Position numbers and translations under genes: made by a program. Of a stretch of 64,000 bases of DNA, positions 1 through 13,757 are shown piece after piece. The DNA is taken from contig NW_026782057.1 in assembly GCF_031769215.1 (NCBI RefSeq), forward strand, positions 62,001 through 126,000, written 5' to 3'. The notes under the pieces are model-generated. The model searched no databases and had not been told where the DNA came from. It saw only the letters and a program-made list of their open reading frames with translations. The stretch is from Ylistrum balloti (Eukaryota). Numbering within the stretch: position 1 is the stretch's first letter; every line of letters starts with the position of its first letter.

Positions 1-52
1 CATGGTTGATTATTCTAATGGATGCCGGTTCCTATGACTGTCTAACACTTAC

Positions 53-143
53 CTGTATTAATACACACAATATTGCCAGACGAAAGTTCAGTACATCTCT
101 GTCCGGACCCACATGGTTTTTCAGAACAGTTTTTAGCAATATC
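53..143 (-). CDS. Gene A exon 2 (identical to gene B exon 2); the rest of the gene lies outside the window
   Basis: Exact reverse complement of 35540-35630 with intact AG (145-144) and GT (52-51). Confidence 0.85.
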
Positions 144-1279
144 CTGGAATAAATCGAAATAAAAAATTGTATTAAATTTTAGGATCAGTGCATCTCCTAT
201 TTATCATTGAACATCTGCTTCGATCAGGTTTGATGCCTCCTAGGCTTCCATAATTTAAACCCTCAACATTTATGACGACACCTTGAACAGTAAAATAGCC
301 ATGTGATACAGTTTGATTTAGTACTTAGCGTATCTAATTATATTTTTTCTTTAAAAAAATGTTAATCACTTGTTCCTCTTCTGTATCATATACATAATAT
401 CAAAATTCGTCACATTTTTTAAAAGGAAGAACCAATAAAATACAATTTTTATTTACTCTTTTAAGTCACAAATTAGATATACTTAAAATGTAGATGTTAC
501 ATAACAATACATGTTGTTTTACTGAAATAGATATGCTGAACAATGCATATCTACCGTTACTTTACGATACATGTGTGGGCAATTCAATTACAAAACAACA
601 AGCCTCCCTTGTCAATGAATGGAAGAGGTAGACCTCCATTAATGTAAGAACCAGTGTCGATGTTAAGGCTAGGGTTCGAAGAGCGAACAATAACCTTTTA
701 TCACTAGAACAAATGTACTCAGAGACCTTCATTCTAAGTTCATGTGCTGAATAATGAATACTTGCCGTCTCTGATCTTTTTAAACATGTACGTAAAGGGC
801 ATTATTTAAAAAACATGTCAGGAATACTAGCTGTCATTAAACCCGGCCTCGTTCTGTGCATGTACTCAGATACCTTCTTTCAAAAGTAAAGAGTGAATCC
901 AACCTCTTGTATCTGAACATTTTACCCAAAATTATGATTAAAGTACATAGTTAATTCCTTATGACAAACTAAGCAATACGATAGTATTCATGGACCTTAT
1001 TTAATAGGTTAAGGTATTTTTATGTATATTTTCTAACAAAATCATGTAAATGCGTTCTCAATTGACAGGTTTAACATGGATCTAAGCACATGAAATTCTG
1101 GCAGAATAAGACATTTAAATACCACAGAAGCTGATCTTAAGAATATATACGAAGGTAAAGGTATAAAATGCAGAATGGTTTTCATGATGTTACTGAGCCA
1201 TAAAGAGTCGATAAAATGAAAAAAAAAAAAAAAAAAACATAGTAGTTTTTAATATACACTTAAAAACAATGGAACGATA

Positions 1280-1790
1280 TTTGTGAGGATCTTTAATTCG
1301 TTGAAGATGACTGTTTCCCATCATGCTCTATGATTAGCGTGGTTATTCACATTTTTATATTGTCATTTTTTTATTTCTAGAAAGCGACATTCCTGCTTCA
1401 CCAACCAATGGTGTTCACATGTTGCAATTGATTTGGTATTTAGTGGTTTGATCCAAATATCATCATTTTTGTGCAAGATGTCGGCAACTGCAGAAAAACT
1501 CACAATTGAAGGTTTGGAGATTGATGAAGATTATTGGAAAGTTTTACGGTCGTCATAATGTTCTCATTGGGAATTATTCTATCTTATTTTGCAACATCGA
1601 ATTCAACGTTAGTGTTGCATGTTGGTATGTTTGGCGGTTCTGTGACATGAAATGTGTCGACGGTGAAGAAGACGCTCGCCCTTTCGGAACACTTTGTGCA
1701 TCCTCCTTGCACTTTTTCGTGGGATCGCCGTGTAAGTTATATTTTTGAATTTGAATTAAGATTAGTGGACATGTCAATGTTTTACTTGAT
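1280..1790 (+). mobile_element. Penelope-like RT C-terminal fragment plus 3' tail
   Basis: A single frame from 1326 reads LYD*RGYSHFYIVIFLFLESDIPASPTNGVHMLQLI...KFYGRHNVLIGNY. Confidence 0.72.
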
Positions 1791-3175
1791 ATTTTATTTA
1801 GAATAATAGAATTGACAGGTTTTTTTCAATCATCATATATGAATTTATATGTCTCAAAGCTAGAAATCTCTCATAAACCAATAACTAGAAACAAAATCTA
1901 ACTTAAATCGTTCGTTAAAAAAGAATCACCACTGAATTGATTAGTGTGCCACTCGACCTATGAAACAACACCGGCAATAAAGAAATACAGGTGAAAAAAC
2001 CAATGTCAGTAAATGTTCAACTATATATATATATATCAATAGCAAAGGACGTCCAATATAGAAAAATAGAGCCTAGATATGGTCTTATTATAAGCAGAGG
2101 TTTGGGAGGAAACAGGAGACAAGAAGACGAGGTCATATTCGAGGAGATGAGTCGGTGGGCGTATTCAGTGTTAAAAAGTATTGAGAAAAAAAATTTCGAC
2201 CGAGAGAAAAGTAACTAGAATCTAGTTTGGACCACGAAGAACAATGGAAGAACGAGCCTATAAAAACAATTAAAATGTAGTTACAAAACAAAAACACAAA
2301 GCATCCATAAAGATGTTCAGAGAATTCTAAAAACACACAAAAGTAAAACTATATTCAAATACTGTTTAAGAATCAGACACACGTATTATAGCCAAATTAT
2401 GAAAATAACTGCATAATACAACTGTTTCATGATTCTAAGTATGGTCATTGACGGTAAGAGCTGAAATTTATTAAACCTAGGATACCCGTTGTTATAAAAC
2501 GATTGATAGGGTAGGTTTGTTGTGAAATATGAAGCCCCAGACAAGATGAGAATTCGAAGAAATCTATGAATATATCGTGACAGTTATTTCATTACTCCTT
2601 AAGGAGACTCGACCCTTTCACAATTAATATAAAGATTATCTTGAAACTTTTACAGAATGATTATGTTACCTTGGGAATGTGATTTTCTGAAAATCTAAAC
2701 ATTCAAGTGAGTTGTAAAATTTTTGGTGAAAACGCCAAAAAACTTATCTTTCTCGAAATTCAATTTTTTATTCATTGCATTTTCTTGCAAGATTTTAGAA
2801 GGTCATTAAAAAATGATAAACAGAAAAAAGAAATCTATATATACTTTGCAAGTATTTAATTTATGAAAAAAATCCCAAGCAATATTTAAAAAGTAGGCTA
2901 TATTGATATCAACAGACTTCAATATTTACACCTATACAATCACATAACACATAGATGTAAAAACTATAATAGAATGGTTCCTATGGTAGGATGCCTTCCT
3001 TGCAATTATCAGGCACCTTTCTGGGCGGGTAGTGTTATTGATATATACAGTCATACTAAATTGACCCTTTTATAACAGCATCATGATATATAAATATATT
3101 TAAAGAGAATAAAATCAACACGACAATTGTATTCCGCTAACGTTTTCAGGCCTAACGGCCATCACCAGGTGACAC

Positions 3176-6100
3176 ATTTATAATAACATCTTGGTAACGA
3201 CATTGTGACGTCATACATATTACCTAACAACTATAAATGCAAGTTAATGTTTTGGAAAATCGTTAACTCATAATTGATTAATAACAAACGCCCATAAATG
3301 TAATGTCAATATAATGCAAACGATAACGTTATCTCCCACCCTAAGTTGTTGGATGCAAGATGGTTATCAAAATATCAATAATGTTTTACACAAATCCATT
3401 TATGTTTTGGACTCTAGACACTGAACGTGTATGTGATTGTAACGAATACTACTGCGCGTCACACTCCAAGGAAAGTAGTCTACTTATACATCATAGCCGC
3501 ATTCTAAATGAGGATTGTTTGATTAAAAATAAGAAAATTTACTGTAAGAAATGTTAAATGTATGTGTAGTTACAATAAAAAGTAATTTGATAAAAAAAAC
3601 CCAGTTAAATGCACAATATATATATTTAAATATAATTTTGCATATGATCAAATAGTCCCCACAATCGTCAACTCACCCAAAAAAAAGTCGTCCCATAAAA
3701 TTGACAATTTCCACTTACGGACTAGAGTTAATAAACGGCGCCAATCTCAAATAGGTAGTCAGTTTTGCATATCTAACTAATGCAATTTTACAATAGGTCG
3801 TAATATTATGCCCAAACTAATATGTATGTCCAGAATGTGTTTTCTTGAATTTATATGTATGATATATAATGATATATGATATTTCTTTCATTCTCGTTAA
3901 TTATTTGTTAAAGAAAAAAATTACATAAAACACTCGTTGAAATTTGGCTCGTCTTGATTTACATAAATTCATGATAACATTTGCATTTTCTTTAATTTTA
4001 TGTTGCTTTAAGGTTTGTTCGAAATCTGAAGTAAAATAGTCCCCAACTGTCAAATTTGCTATAATTTACTTATTTATGCTTATGAATAAACGTAAAGGAC
4101 ACTGTAGTACTATGACGATGTTGAATTACATTAAGCAATAAATGTTTTCATGAGTGCCAGTTTGTGATGTCACACGCGCATTGACGTGCTAATGTTTACA
4201 TACGTTTAGGAAATATTAACAGAACAACAACAGTATGACTTTCACCTGGTACGTGTACAGCATCACTGGTGATACCTACTGCTTTCAATTGTGCATGCGT
4301 TGTAATAGATGTATTTATACATCCATAGGCAGGACTTTCCGGCGTATTTTAGGTCATTACCATTGACAGAGCACATATCTCGATCTTGGATTGGGTAATA
4401 AAAATCATTTGATCAGTCCTGGATGATATGCATTTACAGGTAACATAACCTGATTAAATAATAATTCCAAATAAGAGGACTGACTTATTCCTCTGTTCAG
4501 CAACAAGCTCCAATTTGTGCCTAGACTAGAATTTCGCTGAGGAGGAGCTTCATACAGGGAAAGGTTACTTGTTTGTTCAAGCCGCATTTTAATGTTTTCT
4601 CAACGTTCCAAGAACCATTAATATAGTTAGTTCACATAGAAACAAGAAAAAACAAATGGACAGGGTATTAATGATGGAGAAAATAATTTATAATAACATC
4701 TTGGTAACGACATTGTGACGTCATACATATTACCTAACAACTATAAATGCAAGTTAATGTTTTGGAAAATCGTTAACTCATAATTGATTAATAACAAACG
4801 CCCATAAAAGTAATGTCAATATACAGCAAACGATAACGTTATCTCCCACCCTAAGTTGTTGGATGCAAGATGGTTATCAAAATATCAATAATGTTTTACA
4901 TAAATCCATTTATGTTTTGGACTCTAGACACTGAACGTGTATGTGATTGTAACGAATACAACTGCACGTCACACTCCAAGGAAAGTAGTCTACTGATACA
5001 TCATGGCCGCATTCTAAATGAGGATTGTTTGATTAAAAATAAGAAAATTTACTGTAAGAAATGTTAAATGTATGTGTAGTTACAATAAAAAGTAGTTTGA
5101 TAAAAAAAAAAAAAAAAAAAAAAACCAGTTAAATGCATAATATATATATTTAAATATAATTTTGCATATGATCAAATAGTCCCCAGAATCGTCAACTCAC
5201 CCAAAGAAAAGTCGTCCCATAAAATTGACAATTTCAACTTCCAGACTAGAGTTAATAAACGGCACCAATCTCAAATAGGTAGTCAGTTTTGCATATTTAA
5301 CCAATGCAATTTTACAATAGGTCGTAATACTACGCCCAAACTAATATGTATGTCTAGAATGTGTTTTCTTGAATTTATATGTATGATATATAATGATATA
5401 TGATATTTCTTTCATTCTCGTTAATTATTTGTTAAAGAAAAAAATTACATAAAACGCTCGTTAAAATTTGGCTCGTCTTGATTTACATAAATTCATGATA
5501 ACATTTGCATTTTCTTTAATTTTATGTTGCTTTAAGGTTTGTTCGAAATATGAAGTAAAATAGTCCCCAACTGTCAAATTAGCTATAATTTACTTATTTA
5601 TGCTTATGAATAAACGTAAAGGACACTGTAGTACTATGACGATGTTGAATTACATTAAGCAGTAAATGTTTTCATGAGTGCCAGTTTGTGATGTCACACG
5701 CTCATTGACGTGATAATGTTTACATACGTTTAGGAAATATTAACAGAACAACAACAGTATGACTTTCACCTGGTACGTGTACAGCATCACTGGTGATACC
5801 TACTGCTTTCAATTGTGCATGCGTTGTAATAGATATATTCATACATCCATAGGCAGGACTTTCTGGCGTATTTTAGGTCATTACCATTGACAGAGCACAT
5901 ATCTCGTTCTTGGATTGGGTAATAAAAATCATTTGATCAGTCCTGGATGATGTGCATTTACAGGTAACATAACCTGATTAAATAATAATTCCAAATAAGA
6001 GGACTGACTTATTCCTCTGTTCAGCAACAAGCTCCAATTTGTGCCTAGACTAGAATTTCGCTGAGGAGGAGCTTCATACAGGGAAAGGTTACTTGTTTGT

Positions 6101-6210
6101 TCAAGCCGCATTTTCATGTTTTCTCAACGTTCCAAGAACCATTAATATAGTTAGTTCACATTAAAAAACAAGAAAAACTAATGGACAGGGTATTAATGAT
6201 GGAGAAAATA
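3176..6210 (+). repeat. Direct tandem duplication, ~1.51 kb unit (3176-4685 and 4686-6210), left arm only
   Basis: ATTTATAATAACATCTTGG starts at both 3176 and 4686; duplicated ORFs at 3360/4870 and 4405/5929. Confidence 0.93.
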
Positions 6211-6263
6211 ACAATAAGATATTTAAAAATGGAAAAATAATAATGAACGAATTAATGCAGTAG

Positions 6264-7790
6264 ATGTTTGTAATAAACAGTGACATCTTGCTCTGCACCA
6301 TCAGAAAACTAAGAAAAGGAAATGTATATCAACCGTGTAATCTCGCCCTGAAAACCGATCCTACTAACTTCTTTGTGATAGTCGAACTTACAAAACAAGC
6401 TTGCAAGGTTTCACATGACGCTGAATGCCAAAAAAGGTTTGGAAAGCTAGAACGTAGCACCACTACTAGCTAACCCAGATGCCAAAAAACCTTACACATT
6501 GTACACCGATGCCAATGATACGTGTATTTGAGTATGCCTCATACAGATGTCATAAAATGGTGTAAAAATGGCGCTTCACTATTTGCCGCTAAGGCTCAGC
6601 CATTCACAAACAAAATGACCTGTCAAAGAATTGGAAGTGTTCTTTGCAATAAGATTACTTAATGCCAATTTTGTCCTCAAGACAGATCACAAACTAAAAT
6701 ATATCTAAATTCGCAGATGAACAACAAAAAGATAAAATGTAGCGCTAGGGTTGAAACAGCGCTGTCACGAAAATCCGACAATGGCGGTGACAAAAACAAA
6801 GAAACCTCTAAGGAGCTTGTGGACGAGTAACACGAAATAGAAACTCGCGCAATAGAAATAAGCATATTGAACTCTAATAAGTTTGATCCGGGAGAACACG
6901 TAACTCGCGACAAAGATGCACCTGATAAACTCAGCAAACCAGAGTGGAGCATAACAGGAATATACAAAAGAAACAGGGCAATGTTAAAGATATACAAATG
7001 TAGTAAGAATTAATTGCAGTCAAACAGTGGGAATGCTATTAAGATGGAGGAGAAACGTCACTTGGTCATTGATGATCTTCTCTATAACTAAACTAACGAA
7101 GATTCGGGCGATTCAAGATTATATTTGTACATTCCTTAGGAACTGGAAATTTTAGTTATCAAATAGTACCACAATCTCCTTGCCCTTTAATAACAGTTAT
7201 GACTTTATAAAGATTATTATTTTCCCCCAAATACGAAGCGGAAATTGTAGACGTCAACACAAGAACTACTTCTGTACCCATTTGCAAAGATTGGCTTAGC
7301 CTTTCAATGTCCTTACCTAACAACACTGTCAGGCAATAAATAAAAAGTTCATTGACCTGTACTGAACGGCCAGAAACATTCAGCCTGTCAGATCAATCAG
7401 CTGATAGCATTGTATAACCCATCATCAAAGAGATATTTCCAAGGTACGGTTATCCCTTATAGATTATCACAGACAATGGAAATGAAATTGTCAACAAAGA
7501 GCAGCATTGTATATCTAATATGTTTCTACATCCTACCACTGTCAACAAAACAATGGCAATGTAGATGGGTATCCATGAACTCTATACGTTGTTCTGGAGA
7601 AAAAATAGAAGATGATGTACAGACAAGGGACGTATATCTCAACTAAACCTTGGAAGTGAATCAGGATAGTCAATAACTAGTCGACGATGTGTTACCGTTG
7701 TTACAACTGAGATGCAACACTACAATAAGACACTGTTATTCAAACAATATGACGACCTGTATTACATTGGGAAAACAGATCAAGGCCATT
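6264..7790 (+). mobile_element. Older, heavily decayed Gypsy pol remnant (RT thumb, RNase H, integrase); mirrored at ~31835-33253 (-)
   Basis: Broken frames read PLLANPDAKKPYTLYTDAND (RNase H), FVLKTDHK, PFAKIGL and EIFPRYG..IITDNG (integrase). Confidence 0.8.
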
Positions 7791-8619
7791 CAACTTGTGT
7801 GCGATAAATTGTATATTGTAGCAAAATGCATGTTCCATCACCTGATGCAATGGAAGACCAGTGTTAAACGTAATGGTACATCTGACTGTTACGGACGATC
7901 ATATTGCGACATTCTTGAAACCCACCCAACTTCAAGGCGCCCTGATTATGAAAGGTTAAGGAGGAATATGAGTGCCTCCACCAACAGTTAGGGATGTCGG
8001 AGGGAGCATTGTAATGGTAATCCTATACCTGGACAGTATAACCTTGATTTCCATAATTATAATTTGTTTGTAATGGAATTTCAATGGTGGTTTTGGTCAA
8101 AAGTTAATTGGACCAAATTTGAATAATTGTATTTTAACACGCGATATTGTATTGACATCCGAATAATGGATTTCAAATGATTATTCAATATAAAATAGGA
8201 CACTTCAAAAGTGTTGTACTCCCTAGAAAAGAATGAAAAAACGATGTAATCAGAGTGGTGGAAATGTACTATTAATAAAGAATTGTATTTCATATCTGTT
8301 GATAATTCGTTTTAATACCTTTATACCAGTCACTATTGACAGCCGACTTGTTCACTATGCTAAAGACATTATTATCATATTATCCTACGTTCCCCCTTAG
8401 TTCTCGTAATTTTATTTGCTATGCAAATGTGATATTTGCAAGAAATAGAAAAAAATATATACTTTGGTTCTTTGAACACATGATATGTTGATCGGAAACT
8501 TAAATAGTCAAACAAACAAATACGATTTTATTGCACATGATACAACTGTACATTTGTGGAGCGTTTCTAGAAGCACACTGAATCCATTTTTAATTATCTT
8601 AATGACTATTCAGATAGGA

Positions 8620-9240
8620 ATTCACCAGGGAGAGTTAACCCAAATTCTGGTATAAATATATTCGGTTTTACATTGATTAACTTTTATAAAACTACGGATC
8701 TTTGTATTATGAATGGTAGGGACATTGATAGTTCCTCAAATGACTTTACACAATGTGGATCGAATGACATGAGTGTGATTGATTACTTGATAATGCCTTT
8801 TGTTTCATTCTAGTGGAAAAAATTATTGTCGGTTATTTTACTGAATTCTCCAATCATTCACATTTATACATTCATTTTCATACTGAAACAATGTCACTTC
8901 TGATGATCCTGTAGTTCATGATTTCGTCGGCGTTGAAGGCCCAAAATACGTTTAGAGTGAGGAAGTTTAACATTTATTGATGGACCTCCGGAAGTGAATT
9001 CAGATAGGTTACAACAACAAGACGAAATTAGGGACACACTAAATCAGGATTCCATTGATAATGGAAAAAATTTACTAGGGAATTTATACAATGGAACCCC
9101 TTTTCAAAAAACGTTGTGTGGATATTATATATTAGTAATGTTGAACGTTCAAATGTTAAGTCTAAAAAGAAGAAACCATGGTTTAACAAGGAATCCAGAA
9201 TTTCAAGCAATATTTAGTAGCTTTACATATATTTGACATA
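8620..9240 (+). mobile_element. Decayed non-LTR (LINE) APE-endonuclease/ORF2 fragment; mirrored at ~30377-30997 (-)
   Basis: Reads LINFYKTTDLCIMNGR...DFTQCGSNDMSVIDYLIM...FTEFSNHSHL, matching the C-terminal NGR / SxIDY / SDH motifs of AP-like endonucleases (recognised from memory). Confidence 0.6.
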
Positions 9241-10055
9241 TATCACACGCTACTTTTACATAAAAATAATCTTAAAGCATTGAAAATAAGAATAAGATAA
9301 AACATTTTCTCATAATCATAATCCAAATTCAAATTCAATAAAACTACAGGGAAACTAGAACAAAAGAAAGATCTTCAAAGAGACTCCTGAAAAACTACAA
9401 GGAGAATAAGACAAGGCGATACGGAAGAGTAAGCGTGTTCTGCTTTTATCGACGAAACCTACCAAGTAAATAATTATTAATCTAAGCTAGTAATGCCATG
9501 TTAGACAGTGCCTAACACTTTAAAATTCTGCACAACACGAAAACAACATTTAGATTTAATGCATGTTAAAGAAAGAAATTTTGGCGATGGTAATAATTAT
9601 ATATCGGTGTTGAACTACAGTAAGACGTATTTGTTTTCATCAGTACCATTTTCAACAATATAACAATAGTACAGTCAACACCTGGTACGTAACAGAATCA
9701 TCGTTGATTTTCCCGAGTTATTCTGGTTAAAACCGTTGACAGAGCACACCACCTCGCTCTTGAACCGACTCAAAAACATAATTAGATAACCTCTTGATGA
9801 TGTGACTGTACATATCATATAACCTTATGAACTATTAAGGGTTTGTTAATTTGATTTTAATTTTTGTGAGTAGTTTTGAAATAAGTATCATCAACAAAAC
9901 GTACAAAAATGTTTTTTCTTCTGTTTTTAGTCTCTCATTTTCAATGACAATAGGTTAGCCGTTGGTTTTGAAAGATTCAAATGGCATGAAGTCTAAACAT
10001 AAGGTAACAGGTACTATGCTTTCCCAAACGCTATCTACAACTATATAACATTTAC

Positions 10056-10376
10056 CTTAGGTGGATTCCAGTCAGTTGGATGGCTTGAGATTATGTTATT
10101 ATCACTGACCACTTGTAGGTCAGTAGACTGGTTAACCAGGTGGCAGTAGAATTGAGTCCGATGGTACGTGATCCCATGGCAATGTACACGAAATAGACAT
10201 TCTTTTACACATGATGTATAAGACGAGATATCAATCACGCGGAATACTCCCTTATGTAAACGAAATCCACGCACGTACTTTACATAATTCAGGTATATGA
10301 TATCCTCATCTGACACGCTAACATCAAGAAATACCAGGGCTGGCATTGCCAACACAACAATTCCAAAAATAAACAT
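10056..10376 (-). CDS. Gene A exon 1 (inverted copy of gene B exon 1): signal peptide + PAN domain
   Basis: Reverse complement of 29030-29350 with 5 nt differences (two synonymous, K/R and Q/R). The GT donor at 10055-10054 is intact. Confidence 0.85.
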
Positions 10377-12068
10377 TATCAGTCGTTGATCGTACAAAAA
10401 TGCAATACTCGCATATTAAATGTCGATATCACGACCAATATAAATGAGATGAAGTCACTTTCTAATCCAGATTTAATGCTTCAGGCGAATTTCACACCCA
10501 TATATTGATTGTGCAGTCCAATTGCATGAATTACGATGACACCTCTGTCCTGAGCTGGCGTTTTTCGAGTGACTACCGTAAAACCTAGAAGGGAAACAGA
10601 TTTTCTGTATAGAAAGCATTGCGGACACTGTTTCGGAAAAAGCAACAAACAAATACTAACATTTCAGTCTCGATTTAAACTCAAATTAGGACAAAATGTA
10701 AACAAAAGAAAGAATTACAACTCTAATGCATTTACGATCAGATATTCCGGAAGGGTTAGCATTTTCATCATCAACAGCCATCTTTTACATTGATTTATCA
10801 AAGTTAGCAATGTTCCGTTCTTAAATGAGAACGAGGTAAAACAACAAGATTACAAACGAACATCAAACAAGTTAAACGTCATATTGTACATGGAAATGAG
10901 ATATTTCCAAATTCAAAATATGACTACTGTCAAATTTCCCCATAATCTTCACCAACCAGCATTCCTTTAACCCATGTGTTGCCGACATTTTGCACTGATT
11001 TTGACGCATATCATTCTAGTAGTTCTATCCTGTTATAGGTACAATGTTTTAGGTCTTCAGTTCAGTCGTGGTTAGAAACAAACAAGGTAAATGGCTTATA
11101 CACCACAAGTACTACTATGTGAGAGTCCAAGAAAATATCCGTTCATGTCTGCGCACGTTTAAGGCTTCAGCATCACTGATGAATTATATATGAAGTAACT
11201 ATCAGTATGATGTGGTTCAGCTAATCTTGATTTCAGAATATTTTATTGTTATGATTTCAAAAACAAAAGGAATTGAGAAACCGGCATAACCAATAAAAGC
11301 CTTCTCCTTGCTACTATAATAAGTATACACATCATTCAGATAATCAAATAATTAGAATAAAGGTACGGAAATTATACAGATAAATTTGAGATATGTTTTC
11401 TGTCACAAAATAAACATTATTGGATTTTCCCAAGTAACATTTAGAGAAATATCTTATTGATTAAAGTGTATTTTTTACTTGTTAAAAAGAAAGTCAGAAA
11501 ACAATGCAACGCAAATTACCTTATCAGATATCAAATCCAATCTTCAACCGAAAGTCTTGAATTTGGAGCTAACACGTTAGACATTTCAATTGTGCCATCA
11601 ACAGCGACAACTGTAGGTTGCCGCCATATTTTTCAGCTGCATAGTAACTTGTCACAGGTTAAACTCTCTTTGAACATTATACAGCAAAATTTGTCTCTTA
11701 GTGACAAGAATAAGTACCATTTTCTATGTAAATATAAAAATAAATTTACAATGAATGTCGCCGCTGTGAAGTTATAATGAGAAATCAGTGTCCTCGGAAA
11801 GTTTAGTCAGCTTCCTCTTTTTATATTTCTTATATTTGATCTAAACATGCTAGTAATTTGGCTATTTTTCTTGTTAAAATATAGTAAATAGAATATCTAA
11901 TAGTATCTACAGTAATAACACATATATTTCACTAGTGAATCAGCTCAAGAATCGATATATTCATATCTGTGTCATGTCAACCATTAATGAAATGTTTCAT
12001 AATTAATAGATACATTCACTCGGCTCAAATAGGTGTCTTTGGTTAATAAAATAAAACGGTGACAATCA

Positions 12069-13757
12069 AACAGAAGGCTGTCTACCAGGATATCACACAA
12101 TACATATTGACAGTAAAGTACAGCCGCGACCAGAAATGCTTGACCGGATACATGAGGCGCACCTTGGTATGGTCAAATGTAAGGCACGCGCGAGGGAAGT
12201 ACTATTTTGGCCAGGAATGAGTACTGACATAGAAGAGAAGGTTGCCACATGCAACATTTGTGCTAGATACACAAACATCAACGCAAAGGAACCATTTATA
12301 CCCCACGACATACCAAACCGACCATGGGCTAAAGTGGCAATGGATCTATTTGAACTTAAGGGTCAACATTACCTGCTTAGCGTAGACTATCTTTCAAAGT
12401 GGCCTGAGATCTCAAAATTACAAGGACTGACAAGCAGCTCTGTTATTAACCATGTTAAGTGCCAGTTTTCCAAATATGGAATTCCAGACCAAGTCATAAG
12501 TGACAACGGACCACAGCTTGCGAGTCGGGAATTTGCCAAATTCTCAAAAGACTACGGTTTTCAACACACTACCACGAGTCCACATTACCCCTCATCAAAT
12601 GGTCAAGTGAAAAGAATGGCACAGACATAAAAGAGACTGCTGAAGAAGGCAAATGACCCATACCTAGCAATACTCGATTATCGAAACTCACCGATCGATG
12701 GAATTGACCTTTCACCTGCACAAATGTTCATGGGAAGGCGACTTAAGACCACCCTACCCATTGTTGAAACCACGAGTGTCAGACGAGATTCAGGACAGTT
12801 TAAAGTTAAGACAATTTCGACAAAGAAATAATTTTAATAGACATGCGACAAAAGGTCTCAAACCATTACAAGAGAATGACACTGTCATGAAGAAAACAGG
12901 TAATGAAAGGAAATGGACGCACAGCACTGTAGTTGATAAACACCAGACACCAAGATCCTATGTAGTACAGACATCAGATGGAAAGAAATACAGAAGGAAC
13001 AGGAAGCATCTCAAAGTAACACAGTCCTTACCTACACTGGATGATGAGGATATAAAGCTAGAGAGAAGTCCTGCAGTTCTAAGTCCAACAATACACTCCG
13101 AGGTTGACCTCAAGTCACAACCTGCATGTGTACCAACTGTCAGTCCTGATGATAAGCCTCGTGATTTAGTCAAAAGTCCATATAAAACTAAATCAGGTCG
13201 CGAAGTTCGGAAACCAAGTCGGTTCCGGTGAATATTAACATATACAAAGCTTAAACAGTTATAGTTCTAGTCAAAACAATATTTAGTTGTGATTTCCTGG
13301 CAGGATGTGTTCCGTGACGTGTTCCAATACGCGTTCCATTGTTATATGTTCTTTGATCTATTCTTTGGTTTGTTTATGCTATACTACTCATTGACGAAGT
13401 TCAAGAACATTGTAATTTATTTTGCATATCATTCAATATAAAATAGTTTTTATCATTTACAAGAATTACAACCGTTGTATTGCTTTTATAAAAAGACTTT
13501 TGATCTGAGAACTGTGCTAAATGATAAGAAATAACAAACACTATTGATATGGTAAATATAACTCATCTTATTATTAGTGTTATAGTGTTAAAGATCTTTC
13601 AGTTAAAAAAGAAAAAAAAGAGAGATGTCGTGTAATCACATTTAATGTCCATGTTCAGGTCAATAGTGTTACCCGTTAGTCTTGATCTCATCTGTGTTTT
13701 AATTGTTAATATGTATGTCAAGCGTCTGGCTGAATAGAATGTTGTTGTTACAAGACA
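12069..13757 (+). mobile_element. Gypsy/Ty3 LTR retrotransposon derivative (K02A2.6/Mag-like): integrase, 3' UTR, PPT and 3' LTR; 5'-truncated and RT/RNase H-deleted
   Basis: HHCC zinc finger IHEAHLG...CNIC; DDE core motifs AMDLF and ISDNGPQ, then SPHYPSSNGQ. One premature stop (12628-12630) and one frameshift (~12760). Polypurine tract at ~13605-13625. LTR 13626-13757 is bounded by TGTCGTGTAA...TTACAAGACA (9/10 inverted). Confidence 0.9.

Noticed and set aside
11165-11200. Hammerhead-like CACTGATGA motif
   Set aside because: There is no paired stem II or GAAA after the core; at most a fully decayed repeat.
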